Source: Nageia nagi (lineage: Eukaryota > Plantae > Pinophyta). From it: 64,000 nt of DNA. Both the position numbers and the translations under genes were made by a program. Below the pieces are notes generated by a model. That model did not search any database. It saw only the letters and a program-made list of their open reading frames with translations, and was not told where the DNA came from. Within the stretch, counting starts at the first letter, position 1. Every line of letters starts with the position of its first letter. The DNA is taken from NCBI GenBank assembly GCA_050084985.1, contig JBITNC010000001.1, forward strand, positions 25,172,001-25,236,000, read 5' to 3'. Below are positions 13,480-26,000 of this stretch, piece after piece.

Positions 13480-13890
13480 ATTAACCTTGTCATCTTAATG
13501 CTCTCACATTTTGCATACATATCTATCACGATTGTTATCATAGTTTCATTTGAAACAACCCATATCTACTTATTTATCTATACCCCATTTTGTTCAAACA
13601 AAATCCTTATCATCTTATTGCTCCCATATTTTGCATACATCTTTATCAAGGTTGTTTTATGTGAAATAAATCCATATCTAGTTATTTTTCCATGTTCCAT
13701 TTTGTTCAAACAAAACCTTTGCCATCTTAATGCTTCCACATTTTGCATACATATCTATCAGGGTTGTTATGTACGGATCCTGTCCTACATGCAATACAAC
13801 TATAGGATCATGGTAGTCAAATACTTTGCTAAAATAAATCATTTGCATGAAAAAATTTATTCTATTTCCATAGAAAACATCTTTAGTCAA
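13480..13890 (-). pseudogene. PLS-class pentatricopeptide-repeat (PPR) gene fragment, three decayed motifs
   Basis: TTLIDMYAKCGSIKMAKVLFEQ, TLIKMYAKYGSNKMIRILFEQ and VIDMYAKCESIKM; anchors at 13741, 13629, 13509; frameshifted. Confidence 0.7.
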
Positions 13891-14379
13891 TCACCAGTAA
13901 TCATCACATGAACACTATCCATCCTTAAAGTGGTAAAACCAGTTGGCATCCCTTACAACAATTTCTCATGAAATGATTTTGGATAAAAACTTTTTTGTAG
14001 AGTGGTATTTACCATATACTTGAAGGTTTTTCATAACTTGAATAGAGGATATGATTAATAGCCCAAAAGCAATTACTAGTTTTCTCACTATGATGGTGAA
14101 GAATTTATTCCTTGTCTTTCTCATTAACATATTGCAGAACAAATATATTCATACAAGTTATGGTAGCAAAATGATAAAGGCAAGAGCATAGTATAATTAA
14201 GAGTTTCTCTACTCTCTTCATACCAAAGTGCTAGGTTACTTATAAGCCTTTCTCTATCATTTATTATTCATTAAGTGTTTTTTATTTCTTTCAAAATATT
14301 TCTTCTTTCATATTTATGATTCTTCCACCTCCCTTTCCAACTCTTCACTCTATAATTATACAAAATTTCTAAAAAATAA

Positions 14380-17300
14380 TTCAATATCATGAATTTGTAG
14401 TATTAAAAAATAAGGATTTCACAAATAGCCCATCAATATACATAGGCAGTTACATTCACTTGATAATGTGATGTTAGCAATCAACAGTACTTTGAGAAAT
14501 GAAGTTTTATAATGTCTAATGAAATATATGAAAACATCCTTGAACCAGACAATAAGGACTTGGGAAGAAATTAAGGATGCTTTCAAAGATGAATACCATT
14601 TTTTTGAAGTTGGAATAGAAAGTGTAAACAAAATGAGGGAATTAGTCCAATTATCTAGGGAAAGTGTATAGGAATTCAATAGAATATTCAAGGCTACCCA
14701 AAGAAGACTCCTAGAACCCATGATAGAAAAATAAAATTCCAAATGGTTTATCTCTAGATTGAGACCACATATAAGAAGAGCTATCAAGAAAAACAAAACA
14801 CACTTATATTGAGGCACTTACAGCTATCATTGAAATTGAATCTCAGCCTTGTAAATTAGAGATATTAGGCAAAATCAACCAATATACTAAATAAAAAATT
14901 GATATGTTAACCAAATAATTAAATTACTTAGTTATATCTTAAATAAAAATTATATTACAGAAGGAAATCTGGTATCAATTATGTACTAAAGAAGGCCATG
15001 TCGCTACAAAATGCCCAACTTTTGAAAGACCAAGAGTAGAATATTGCAGAAGCTATATAACTATGGAGACACATTCCACTCATGATTATCTAATAGAAAG
15101 AGTATTCCAAAGAGATATTCTTGACATGCTCAGACCCAATTGTAGGACGTGAAAATCTAAAAATTAACAAACTGACTAGTGCAGGGGTAAGGTATTCTTA
15201 ATGATATTGAAAGGGACCTTGGAAGGAAACCTAGATATTACACCATACAACATCAATCGCTTACCTATAACAAACTTGTACCATTCATATGCAAAGATGG
15301 TATCACCTACTTTTCTATGGTACCCAACGCATAGGTGCCACTCGACTCAAAGAATGAAGAGTATAATAAAAGGAACGGAAGAGGTAGAGGATGTCAGTGA
15401 GGTGGATACAATAACTATGGAAGAGGATAAGGATGACATGGAATATGTTATAACTTTGGTGATCCATCTCATCGATAGTTTGAATACCTCTAACCATGAC
15501 CAAACCTAAAATGTCATTATTGCCACCAATATAATGATCATCAATATGATGATTACCCTAAATGTTTTAATAATATTTGGAGAAAAAAAAGCTAAGGAAG
15601 AAATATCCATCTTACCTCCTCCATCCCCACCAAACGTCCATACTCTAAGAAGAATTTCGCAAGCTATGATTAATCATGTAGTACACATCACAAAGTCATT
15701 GAAATAGGTCTTTAGAGTCAAGGGAAAGCAAATTAGGGACCAACCTACTTTGCAACAATTATCAAAATCTTCACATAGTGTGAATATTATGACCAGATCA
15801 ACCACTAAAAAGGTGGGATTCTAAGCACTCATAATCAAATAATTAGCTCCAAGAAGTTAGTATCTAGACCTTGATGAATACTGAAGAATGGAAAAATCGA
15901 TAAAGAATTGATGGATAACTTACTTAACTAACACAAATCCTAGAAAGTCATCAATGAACTTACAACTGATGATATTAGGACATTAAAATAATTCGCACAA
16001 CTACTAAAAAGGAGAACTTAATGATCAAATGAAAATAATTGGAAACTTATTGCAATAAAGAAAAAAATAACCTAAGAAGGTATGCATCACTAAGACCAAC
16101 AAGATTTAGAAATGAAGACAAATTTTGATTCATGTTAACATCAATGGAAGACTTACAAAAAATGTTATGGTCAATTTAGGACCCAATGCTAATGTTATAT
16201 CGATGAGTACTTGGAAAAAACTAGGAGGCCCCTCATTACATCCACCCACATAAAGTTTTGCAATTATAGATGGAACATTGATCACACCTAGGGGAATCTT
16301 GAAAGATGTCTCAATATCCTTTATGGGGATTGATTCAAAGGTGGACTTTGGTGTAATTAACATGACCAATGATAAATTATCCTATATCATCTTATTAAAT
16401 CTTAAATGGTTCATTGATAATAAAGGGGTTATTAATAGTAATGCCTAGTAAATGATCATCTCCATTGATGAACCCCATGTACATTACCCATTAGATAAGG
16501 AGATGGAATATAGATACACTAGCTTTTCAAATTTCAACAATAGCAATTCATCAAAAAATTTAAGGGTTGATGAACTTTACACAATGATCATTAGGAAGGA
16601 ATCAGATGGATTACCATGTTACACGAACCCAAGTCTGGAAGGAGAATTAGTATTCCATAATAGTGATTCTAAGGAATACTTAGAGATTATTTATCTATTA
16701 TGGAATATAGATAATTATGAAATCATAAATAGATGAGCATATGTTGCCTATCGCCAAGTGCTTAGATCTAGAAAGAACATTGGCCACGATTCACTACCAA
16801 AACACAATGGACTAACGAATCTTAATGACTTTCTACAGAAAATGAAATCTCATTGAATATGAAGAGATTATAATCGTGGCCCTTAAATACACTTTATTTG
16901 TGAATGATATGTGATGGTGGAATTTGTAAGGATACTACCTGAGAAATTAGAGTGATATAAAGAAATACATAAAACTTTGATTCGAAAAACCAAATTTTAC
17001 AACTATTTCTACAGATTTTTTTATGGTGACATAAATCTTGTAGATTGCATCCATCAATGCAAGCTAATTTAGAACCATCAAGATATTACATCCTCATTTT
17101 ATTACATACATTTAGTCATTTGGACCTTTGATACAATCTCCAAAGCCTAGTACATATAATAAGAACTTCAAAAAGAAACTACATATTGGCACCATCTAGA
17201 AGATAACTTAATAGAAACTTTCTCATTCTCAAGTGATGATCCAATTATTCTAATTAGATTACTATGAATATAAAAATTCATTTTCAAGTCAACCACTATC

Positions 17301-20300
17301 ATTGGCTATCATGCTACAAACCCAAAACCCTTTCCTAATAGCATGCAAAAGTCATAACCTCTTCCCATGGTAGAAAAAGCTAATAAAAATAGCCCAACCC
17401 CTAATGACCTTGAAGATAAACCTAAAAATCTTAAATATGAGGTATCTAAAGGAGAACCATAAAAAAATAGAGATACATGATATGACCATGAGATAAAAAG
17501 TAGGAATATCAATATCGAAACACCCACATATCCAAAAAGTGCTAGTTGTGGTGATAACTAGATAAAATTTGAAATAAATAAGATCATTGAGATTATGTTG
17601 GAATACCAATATTTGTTCCCACAAGACTAAACCGAGATAAAAGGAATAAATAAGGAAGCTAGGATAATGTAGATAAGATTGTGCAAACCCTAGAAATAAA
17701 GAGCCTATCGATTAAATCCTAATAGTAAACAGAAGGTTAAAGTAGGCATAAATGAAATGCTTAATGCTGACATGATGTCACATATTCATAATAATGATTG
17801 GGTTAGTATTATGATGATTCAATACAAAAAGATCAATGACATCCAAATCTATGTCAATTTTAGGGAATTAAATAAGGCTTTTGAACACAATCCTTTCCCT
17901 ACACCTTGTACCGAAGAGATATTTGAGAACATCGTTGGGCAGGAGGCATATTCTTTCATTGATGGATTCTCAAGATACCATCAAGTTAGTATCACCAAAG
18001 AAGATCACCCAAAGACTACATTCAAAACTAAATGGAGATCATACATATACAATGTAATACCATTTGAACTTAAGAATGCCCATGTTATCTTCTCTAGGAT
18101 ACCATCAAGTTAATATCACCAAAGAAGATCACCCAAAGACTACATTCACAACTAAATGGGGATCATACATATATAATGTAATACCATTCAGACTTAAGAA
18201 TTCCCATGTTATCTTCTCTAGGATCATGGTTAACATCTTCAAATATTTCATACATAAATTTTTAGAAGTATACCTTGATGATTGGACAGTGTATGACATG
18301 CTTAAAGACCATATTTAACCATTACAATTGATGTTTGAAAGGTGTTACCAGTTACAAATTGTACTCAAACTAAAAAAATACATGTTCTCCACTCCAGATA
18401 GTATTTTGTTAGGCCACATTATATGTAAAGAAGGGCTCATGGTAGATATGGCTAAAATAGAAACCCTATTGAATATCCTTGATTACCTCCCCCAAGAATA
18501 CTCAAGGAAGTAATAATATTTCTAGGTGTTGTTAGCTACTATAGAAAATTCATTCAAAACTACGTAGTCCTTGCCACCCTGATTGACGATCGCCACTTGA
18601 ATGCTAAGAAAGTTTTGTAGCCTTAAAACAAAAATTATGAATCGTTACAATACTCATTTTTCCTTATTGGACAAAAGTCTTCCACATACATATTGATACA
18701 AGTGGGGTTACCATTAGAGTAGTATTGGCATAACTTGGTGAAGGCAAAATCTATCATTCGATATATTTCACCAGTTGAAAGATGGCGAATTCTAAAACTA
18801 AATACATAATGATAGAACAGGAAGCATTGGTGATGGTATGCGCTCTCTAAAAATTTAGATATTGCTTGTTAGTGATCACCTTTATCTTTTTTACAGACCA
18901 CAAAGCTTTAAGATACCTATTAAACAAACCTGTAATACAAGGGAGAATTTATCGTTGGCTAATCTTATTTCAATTCAAAGTGATCATTAAACTAGGTAAT
19001 TTAAATAATGGTCCTGATATGTTTTCCCAACTAGATAATAGGGAGACATCCAAAATAGATGATGATATTCTAGGAGCCCATATATTTCATATTGAAGCTA
19101 CTCTTGACAAAATACAAGATATCATATCTTTTTTGTCATCAAGATAAATCCCCAAGGATCTCTTATAAAAAAATTGAAGGAAAATATTAATTGTAGCCAT
19201 GCCATATATGATGATATCTGGTGAATTGTATAATATAGGATTAGATGAAGTAATTAAACGAGTTGTATTACAAAATGAATGACACGATATCTTGAAAGAA
19301 GTTCACAAAGGATTCATTAGAGGACATTTCAATGGTGAATTAACTAGTAAGAAGATACTACAAGAAGGAGTTTTATGACCAACATTACATCAGGATTCAT
19401 TAAAATTTTCTAAGAGTTGTGATATTTTTCAAATTATCAAAAGACCCTTTGCTAGGGATAAACTTCCCTTGGATCTAGTATTACCCATTGGACCAATTGA
19501 GAACTGGGAAATTAATTTTGTAGGACCCATTTCCTTTCCAAGATGATGTATAAGAGCAAGAAATATCATCATTAGCATAGAATACCTTACAAAATAGGTT
19601 GAAGAAAAACTAACTAAGGAATTTACTGCACAAATTGATGATAAATTACAACCAAATTTATCTATGAGAATATCATAACTAGGTTTGATTTCCCTAACGA
19701 AATTATAAGAGATCAAAGTAAGCACTTCATTAACTTGATGATCAAATAATTGTTAACTAAATTCATGATCCAACATGGAAGGAACTCTCCTTATCACCCA
19801 TAAGAAAATGGAGCATATGAGGCTTTAAATAAAATATTAGAATGGATCCCAACTAAAATATTTAATACTGCAAGATCCAACTAAGAAGATAAGATTCTTG
19901 CTATTCTTTGGGCCTACAGAACCCCTTATAAATGAATCAACAAGCAAATACCATTTCAATTATTTTTTGGATTAGAAGCTACCTTATCGAATGGAATTTC
20001 AAGCATCATCACTAAGGATCATCATCCAAACCCAACTTGACGATAAGGATTCACTAGAAGAAAGACTATTTGAATGAGATAAACTAGATGAAAAATATTG
20101 TATGATGAGGTATAATCATATTCAAGAAAAGAATCATCAAAAGGCTTGGCATGACCATCATATTAAGACCAAATATTTTCATATTGGTGATTATGTTCTA
20201 CTTTATCACAATCGCTATAAACACAACCCAAGAAAAATAAGAATTCATTGGCTAAGATCTTATATTATTGAATAAATTAAGGTATAAGGAACCATTTGAC

Positions 20301-20370
20301 TAAATAAGTTAGATGGAACTATCCAATCGAGATACATTAATGACCATTGATCGAAGAACTATACACCCCA
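14380..20370 (+). mobile_element. Decayed Ty3/gypsy retrotransposon internal region (gag-PR-RT-RNaseH-INT)
   Basis: TWEEIKDAFKDEY (gag), CTKEGHVATKCP knuckle, protease-like ~16140-16420, RT YVNFRELNKA..YSFIDGFSRYHQV..YLDDW, FTDHKALRYL, integrase WEINFVGP and SPYHP. Integrase last = gypsy order. No LTR pair found. Confidence 0.9.
17974..18224. repeat. 124-bp tandem duplication inside the gypsy RT
   Basis: GATACCATCAAGTTA at 17974 and 18098; peptide YHQV.ITKEDHPKTTF appears twice in the ORF track. Confidence 0.9.
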
Positions 20371-20788
20371 CCTAGATGAAATTTATTGCTGGATATTTCA
20401 TTAGATGGGTTTAGTTTATTAAATAGTTCAAATTACGAAGGTGCAGTAGCTTAGGAGTAAGATTATCAGTAGAATTACAATAGAATTGTTAAGAATAAAG
20501 TCGCTAGTAGATAACTCATCACTTTGTATAATGATAAATTGATAGTACATGGTTAAAAAGGATGAATCACAAATGAAAGTTTCAAATACATGAAGGATAA
20601 GGTTATTAACCAGTCTTATCAGAGTATTGATAATTATGAGAGAACTATTAAACGGTCCCTTCAAAGTACAAACAAACTTGTCCATATACAAAATTGATCG
20701 TAAAGAAAGCAAAAAATCAATGAAAAAATAAAAACAAATATATTCATACAAAGCATATTCTATTATTGAACCAAAATAAGTACAACAC

Positions 20789-21040
20789 TCGAAGAGGTAG
20801 ATTAGAGGATTCACTGAGGAACCACGGCCTCCTCCACTCTCATTCGCCCCCTGCTGGCTCTGAGATATCAGCTTTTTTGGCCTTTTTATTTTGTATGGCT
20901 GCTGCTTCGGCTGCCGCCTAGTAACTCTGTATATTGACTTGAACGTAAAATGTGTGGAATAGCGTAATATCTGTAATAAAAATACTCTCTGAAAACTAAT
21001 ATAATCTGCATTTCTTTCGGTGCTCTGTTTTTCCCCATGA
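20789..21040 (+). pseudogene. HSP70: HSP70 remnant: EEVD-stop codons plus 3' UTR only
   Basis: GAA GAG GTA GAT TAG at 20791-20805, then sequence matching 10678-10910, including AATAAA at 20975. Confidence 0.9.
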
Positions 21041-23364
21041 TTCAATCACTCCGAAGAATCACTGTAATTTATATCAAATCGTTCTCCAACAAGAAAGGAA
21101 ATGATCAAATATTTGAAATATATTGTAGTGGAAATTATTAGTTGTAGCATCATACCTTATAGAGTATTTCCTCCAGATGTGAACATACAACGGTCAATTT
21201 CGATTTACCTACCTATTGTTCTCTTACAGCAAATTGGTGCAACTTTTTTTCAATTGTGTCAAAATTATCATTTAAGTTATTCATATCCATAGTTCATAAT
21301 ATGATTCATAGGAAAATTGTAAAAATTAATTGAATAACCAATAAAATATGGTTGAGAACATAAGGAAGGTCCTTGTAGATTATAGATGCAATTTAATATT
21401 GAAGGTGGAAGATTATTTTCTTACATTTATAGAGAAACATTTTATGAAATATCATTTTATAATGCTTGGATCATTATATCATATGGATTTTTAGCCTTAA
21501 TTTCAATTATTGAACTTTTTTTAAACATGGATATCATACTCATTAAGTTTGATATAGTATTTATAGTATTAATTGAAATACCTTTATCAATCAACAAGAT
21601 TGTAAAGCCTCCCATGAGATTGATAAGAATGTTATGGAATTATTAGATGTTGGGTTCCATTTTTCAACCTTTGATCATCAATAACTTATTAAAAAAATTA
21701 AATAAGGTGAAACTCTTCCATAAATTGGACCCCCACTCAAGCTATTGTCAAATCTACATGAGTTGCATATGACATTCTTCAATCTTTTAAACTCTCTTTT
21801 TACATTACATAGCTTGATTTATTATGTATTAAAGTTACAAATTTAACTATTAAGATTAGAAGGACTATCTCTAACATCTTATATCATATTATAGCTTTAT
21901 GATAAGAATCCCAAGTACACCTTTAAAATATATGTTATTAAATACCAATTCCATAGAGAGTGTCCATGTAGATTCAAAAAAGATAAAAGGAAATGAAGAG
22001 ATTGGACAAAAACCCATGTCTTGAATGTTATATGAAGATTTTAGGCCACAAGGGATACTATTGCAAGTTTATCAAGGAATATGGTAAACTAACCATCTGA
22101 TGAACATTATGTTAAAGGAAAACATATTCATCTTTATAGAAATGGTTGAGTAAGAATTATATCAACTAAAACAATAAATTAACTTACCACCCATAAATTG
22201 ATCATTAAATTGTTGCACTCTAGAAATATTTGAAAACCTACCTTAGGTGTGTTGCATCTTTGGCATAATTTTTTTTCTTCTATCCATTTGTATCTTTGAT
22301 TTCACATTATGTTTTAAAATGCACATACCCTTTTCAATGGTAACATTGAATATTTCACTTATTATCTTCACTTCCCTCTACCATCATAAAGTCTTTTTTC
22401 TTCTCTTTCTCTTGAGAAGTTTTGATTTTGTTTACTTCCTTATCATTGTGAGCTTGAACCAACATAATCATTCTTTAACATTTTCACCCTTGAGGTAAAA
22501 TCTTGCTTTATACCTCACCAAAGATATCTTTCAATATCTCTTCATGTGACATGAGAGAGCCTACAAGGTGATCAAGCTCCAAAATAATTAAATCCTTAAT
22601 TTCTTCAATTATATCTACATGGTTCCATATAGGTGTTAGACTCCTTGATCTCATTTTCCAACCTGTCTTTTAAGGTGGCAATGTTATTGACCATATCTTT
22701 AATTCTAATGCAATACTCGTTTTCTAATGATATAACCAAGATGAAATGCAGTCAAATGATGTTTGTAATATAATGAATAGGGCATGATGCAAACCAAAAC
22801 CTAAGCCTCCTCATGAATAGGTTAACATTATTACTATGGATAAAGTGAAGATTGAAGAGGAGATCAAAATGAACCTTAAGACCATGATAATGAAGCATGT
22901 ATAAAATCCCAAAATATATTATGAACCTTGAAATAAATTGGTGAAAGAATACCTTGATAAGGAGGTTTGTTGGATTTAGACCAATTCTAGACATAATTAG
23001 AAGATGGATGATTGAAAAATGGAAAACAAAGGAGAAAGTGGATCTACTATATGGAAAAGATCCTAGAGCTAGGGCCACGATTCCTTATTAGAAAAGGATT
23101 GGTACTTAAGGGATTTAGGCCAAAGATTGAAAAATGTTGATTTGATCCCAGTTAGGCTTAGCCTTCCAAATTATATATTTCTTTTTTTTCTTTTGGATCG
23201 TAATCATCAAATAGTATTTCTTTCCTTTCTTTTAAGGTAAAATTGGAGAGGAATTTTATACAAGACCCAAAACGTATATTTGCAAAATTTATATCATAAT
23301 GATATTATAGTTGGAAGGTTATTTTTTCCTAAAATGTTATAAAGGGATAACGCACATGATTAAA

Positions 23365-23775
23365 ATTAACCTTGTCATCTTAATGCTCTCACATTTTGCA
23401 TACATATCTATCAGGGTTGTTATCATAGTTTCATTTGAAAGAACCCATATCTACTTATTTGTCCATACCCCATTTTGTTCAAACAAAATCCTTATCATCT
23501 TATTGCTCCCATATTTTGCATACATCTTTATCAAGGTTATTTTATGCGAAATAAATCCATATCTAGTTATTTTTCCATGTCCCATTTTGTTCAAACAAAA
23601 CCTTTGCCATCTTAATGCTTCCACATTTTGCATACATATCTATCAGGCTTGTTATGTACGGATCCTTTCCTACATGCAATACAACTATAGGATCATGGTA
23701 GTCAAAGACTTTGCTAAAATAAATCATTTACATGAAAAAATTTATTCTATTTCCATAGAAAACATCTTTATTCAA
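23365..23775 (-). pseudogene. Duplicate PPR gene fragment
   Basis: Same three MYAK(C/Y) motifs, anchors at 23394, 23514, 23626. Confidence 0.7.
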
Positions 23776-24274
23776 TCACCAGTAATCATCACATGAACAC
23801 TATCCATCCTTAAAGTGGTAAAACTAGTTGGCATCCCTTACAACAATTTCTCATGAAATGATTTTGGATAAAAACTTTTTTGTAGAGTGGTATTTACCAT
23901 ATACTTGAAGGTTTTTCATAACTCGAATGTTTGTACTAGAGGATATGCTTAATAGCCCAAAAGTAATTACTAGTTTTCTCACTATGATGGTGAAGAATTT
24001 GTTCCTTGTCTTCCTCATTAACATATTGCAGAACAAATATATTCATACAAGTTATGGTAGCAAAATGTTAAAGGTAAGAGCATAGTATAATTAAGAGTTT
24101 CTCTACTCTCTTCATACCAAAGTGCCAGGTTACTTATAAGCCTTTCTCTATCATTTATTATTCATTAAGTGTTTTTTATTTCTTTCAAAATATTTCTTCT
24201 TTCATATTTATGATTCTTCCACCTCCCTTTCCAACTCTTCACTCTATAATTATACAAAATTTCTAAAAAACAAT

Positions 24275-25209
24275 TCAATATCATGAATTTGTAGTATTAA
24301 AAAATAAGGATTTCACAAATAGCCCATCAATATACATAGGCAGTTACATTCACTTGATAATGTGATGTTAGCAAACAACAGTATTTTGAGAAATGAAGTT
24401 TTACAATGGCTAATGAAATATATGAAAACATCCTTGAACCAGACAATAAGGACTTGGGAAGAAATTAAGGATGCTTTCAAAGATGAATACCATTTTTTTG
24501 AAGTTGGAATAGAAAGGGTAAACAAAATGAGGGAATTAGTCCAATTATCTAGGGAAAGTGTATAGGAATTCAATATAATATTCAAGGCTACCCAAAGAAG
24601 ACTCCTGCAACCCATGATAGAAAAATAAAATTCCAAATGGTTTATCTCTAGATTGAGACCACATATAAGAAGAGCTATCAAGAAAAAAAAAACACACTTA
24701 AATTGAGGCACTTATAGCTATCATTGAAATTGAATCTCAGCCTTGGAAATTAGAGATATTAGGCAAAATCAACCAATATACTAAATAAAAAATTGATATG
24801 TTAGCCAAATAATTAAATTACTTAGTTATATCTTAAATAAAAATTCTATTACAGAAGGAAATCTGGTATCAATTATGTACTAAGGAAGGCCATGTCGCTA
24901 CAAAATGCCCGAGTTTTGAAAGACCAAGAGTAGAATATTGCAGAAGCTATATAACTATGGAGACACATTCCACTCATGATTATCTAATAGAAAGAGTATT
25001 CCAAAGAGATATGCTTGACATGCTCGGACCCAATTGTAGGACATGCAAATCTAAAAATTAACAAACTGACTACTGCAGGGGTAAGGTATTCCTTAATGAT
25101 ATTGAAAGGGACCTTGGAAGGAAACCTAAATATTACACCATACAACATCAACCGCTTACCTACAACAAGCTTGTACCATTCATATGCAAAGATGGTATCA
25201 CCTACTTTT
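24275..25209 (+). mobile_element. Truncated duplicate of the gypsy gag region
   Basis: WLMKYMKTSLNQTIRTWEEIKDAFKDEY; similarity to the first element stops at 25209. Confidence 0.85.
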
Positions 25210-26000
25210 ATTTTATATTATTTTTCAAAATACCCATACCCTTTTCATTGGTAACATTGAATATTTCATTTATTATATATTCACCTTCCTCCACCATCAT
25301 GAACTCTTCTCTTTCTCTTGAAAAGTTTTGATTTTATCTACTTCCTTGTCATTGTGAGCTTAACCTAACATAATCATTCTTTAACATTTTCATCCTTCTG
25401 GTAAAATCTTGCTTAATACCTTACTAAATATATCTTTCAATATCTCTTCATGTGACATGAGAGAGCCTACAAGTTGATCAAGCTCCAAAATAGTTAAATC
25501 CTAAATTTATTTAATGATTTCTACATGGTTCCACCTAGGTGTTAGAATCCTAACCTCCTCTTCCAATTAAGGTGGCAATTTTATTGACCACATCTTTAAT
25601 TCTAATGTGCAATACTCATTGAAACTCTTATTCTTACATTATTAGATTTTTAAACTCTTTTTTTAGTGTCTAGAAATTAATAACATTTACTTTATTAATA
25701 ACTTAGTAAGCCTCTTTTAGATCCTTTCAATCATCCCTAACTAATTTGGGGATATTTATTCTTTAGTAATTCATGGAAATAAAATCTTAATAAGAGTTAA
25801 TTGAATTTGGTATAATGTTGTAAATATTAAAAATAAAATCATACCCATCCTATCCACACTATTCACATGCTAGCATTTAGCCTTTCTTGGTAATTTATGT
25901 TTTACAAAACTTTGTTTTGATAACTTTTTTTGGCTCCACTAAAGTGCTACTTTGAAAATCCTTTTTGATTTTGTAAAAGGTTTATGTGGGCCATTTCAAA
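25210..26000 (-). mobile_element. Third, more diverged and longer copy of the copia gag remnant
   Basis: 25210-25620 aligns with ~12410-12830 with more substitutions, and continues into KKEFKNLIM*E*E (gag EFENLKM-like). Confidence 0.6.

Larger units (their letters stand above)
10661..15314 (+). repeat. Segmental duplication copy A (HSP70 last codons, 3' UTR, TE fragments, gypsy gag)
   Basis: Colinear and highly similar to 20789-25209; paired ORFs 11439/21386, 12361/22247, 14419/24313. Confidence 0.95.
20789..25209 (+). repeat. Segmental duplication copy B
   Basis: Starts TCGAAGAGGTAGATTAG (matches 10661) and ends ..GGTATCACCTACTTTT (matches 15314). Lacks the 198-bp duplication and has a ~60-bp deletion near 21670. 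Confidence 0.95.

Noticed and set aside
14138-20752. 19-bp match AACAAATATATTCATACAA at ~14138 and ~20733 as ends of gypsy LTRs
   Set aside because: Sequences upstream of the two matches do not align, so no LTR pair is supported; may be chance in AT-rich DNA.
20428-21045. 205-aa minus-strand ORF
   Set aside because: It crosses the duplication junction and reads antisense through the HSP70 UTR copy; low-complexity composition with no domain.
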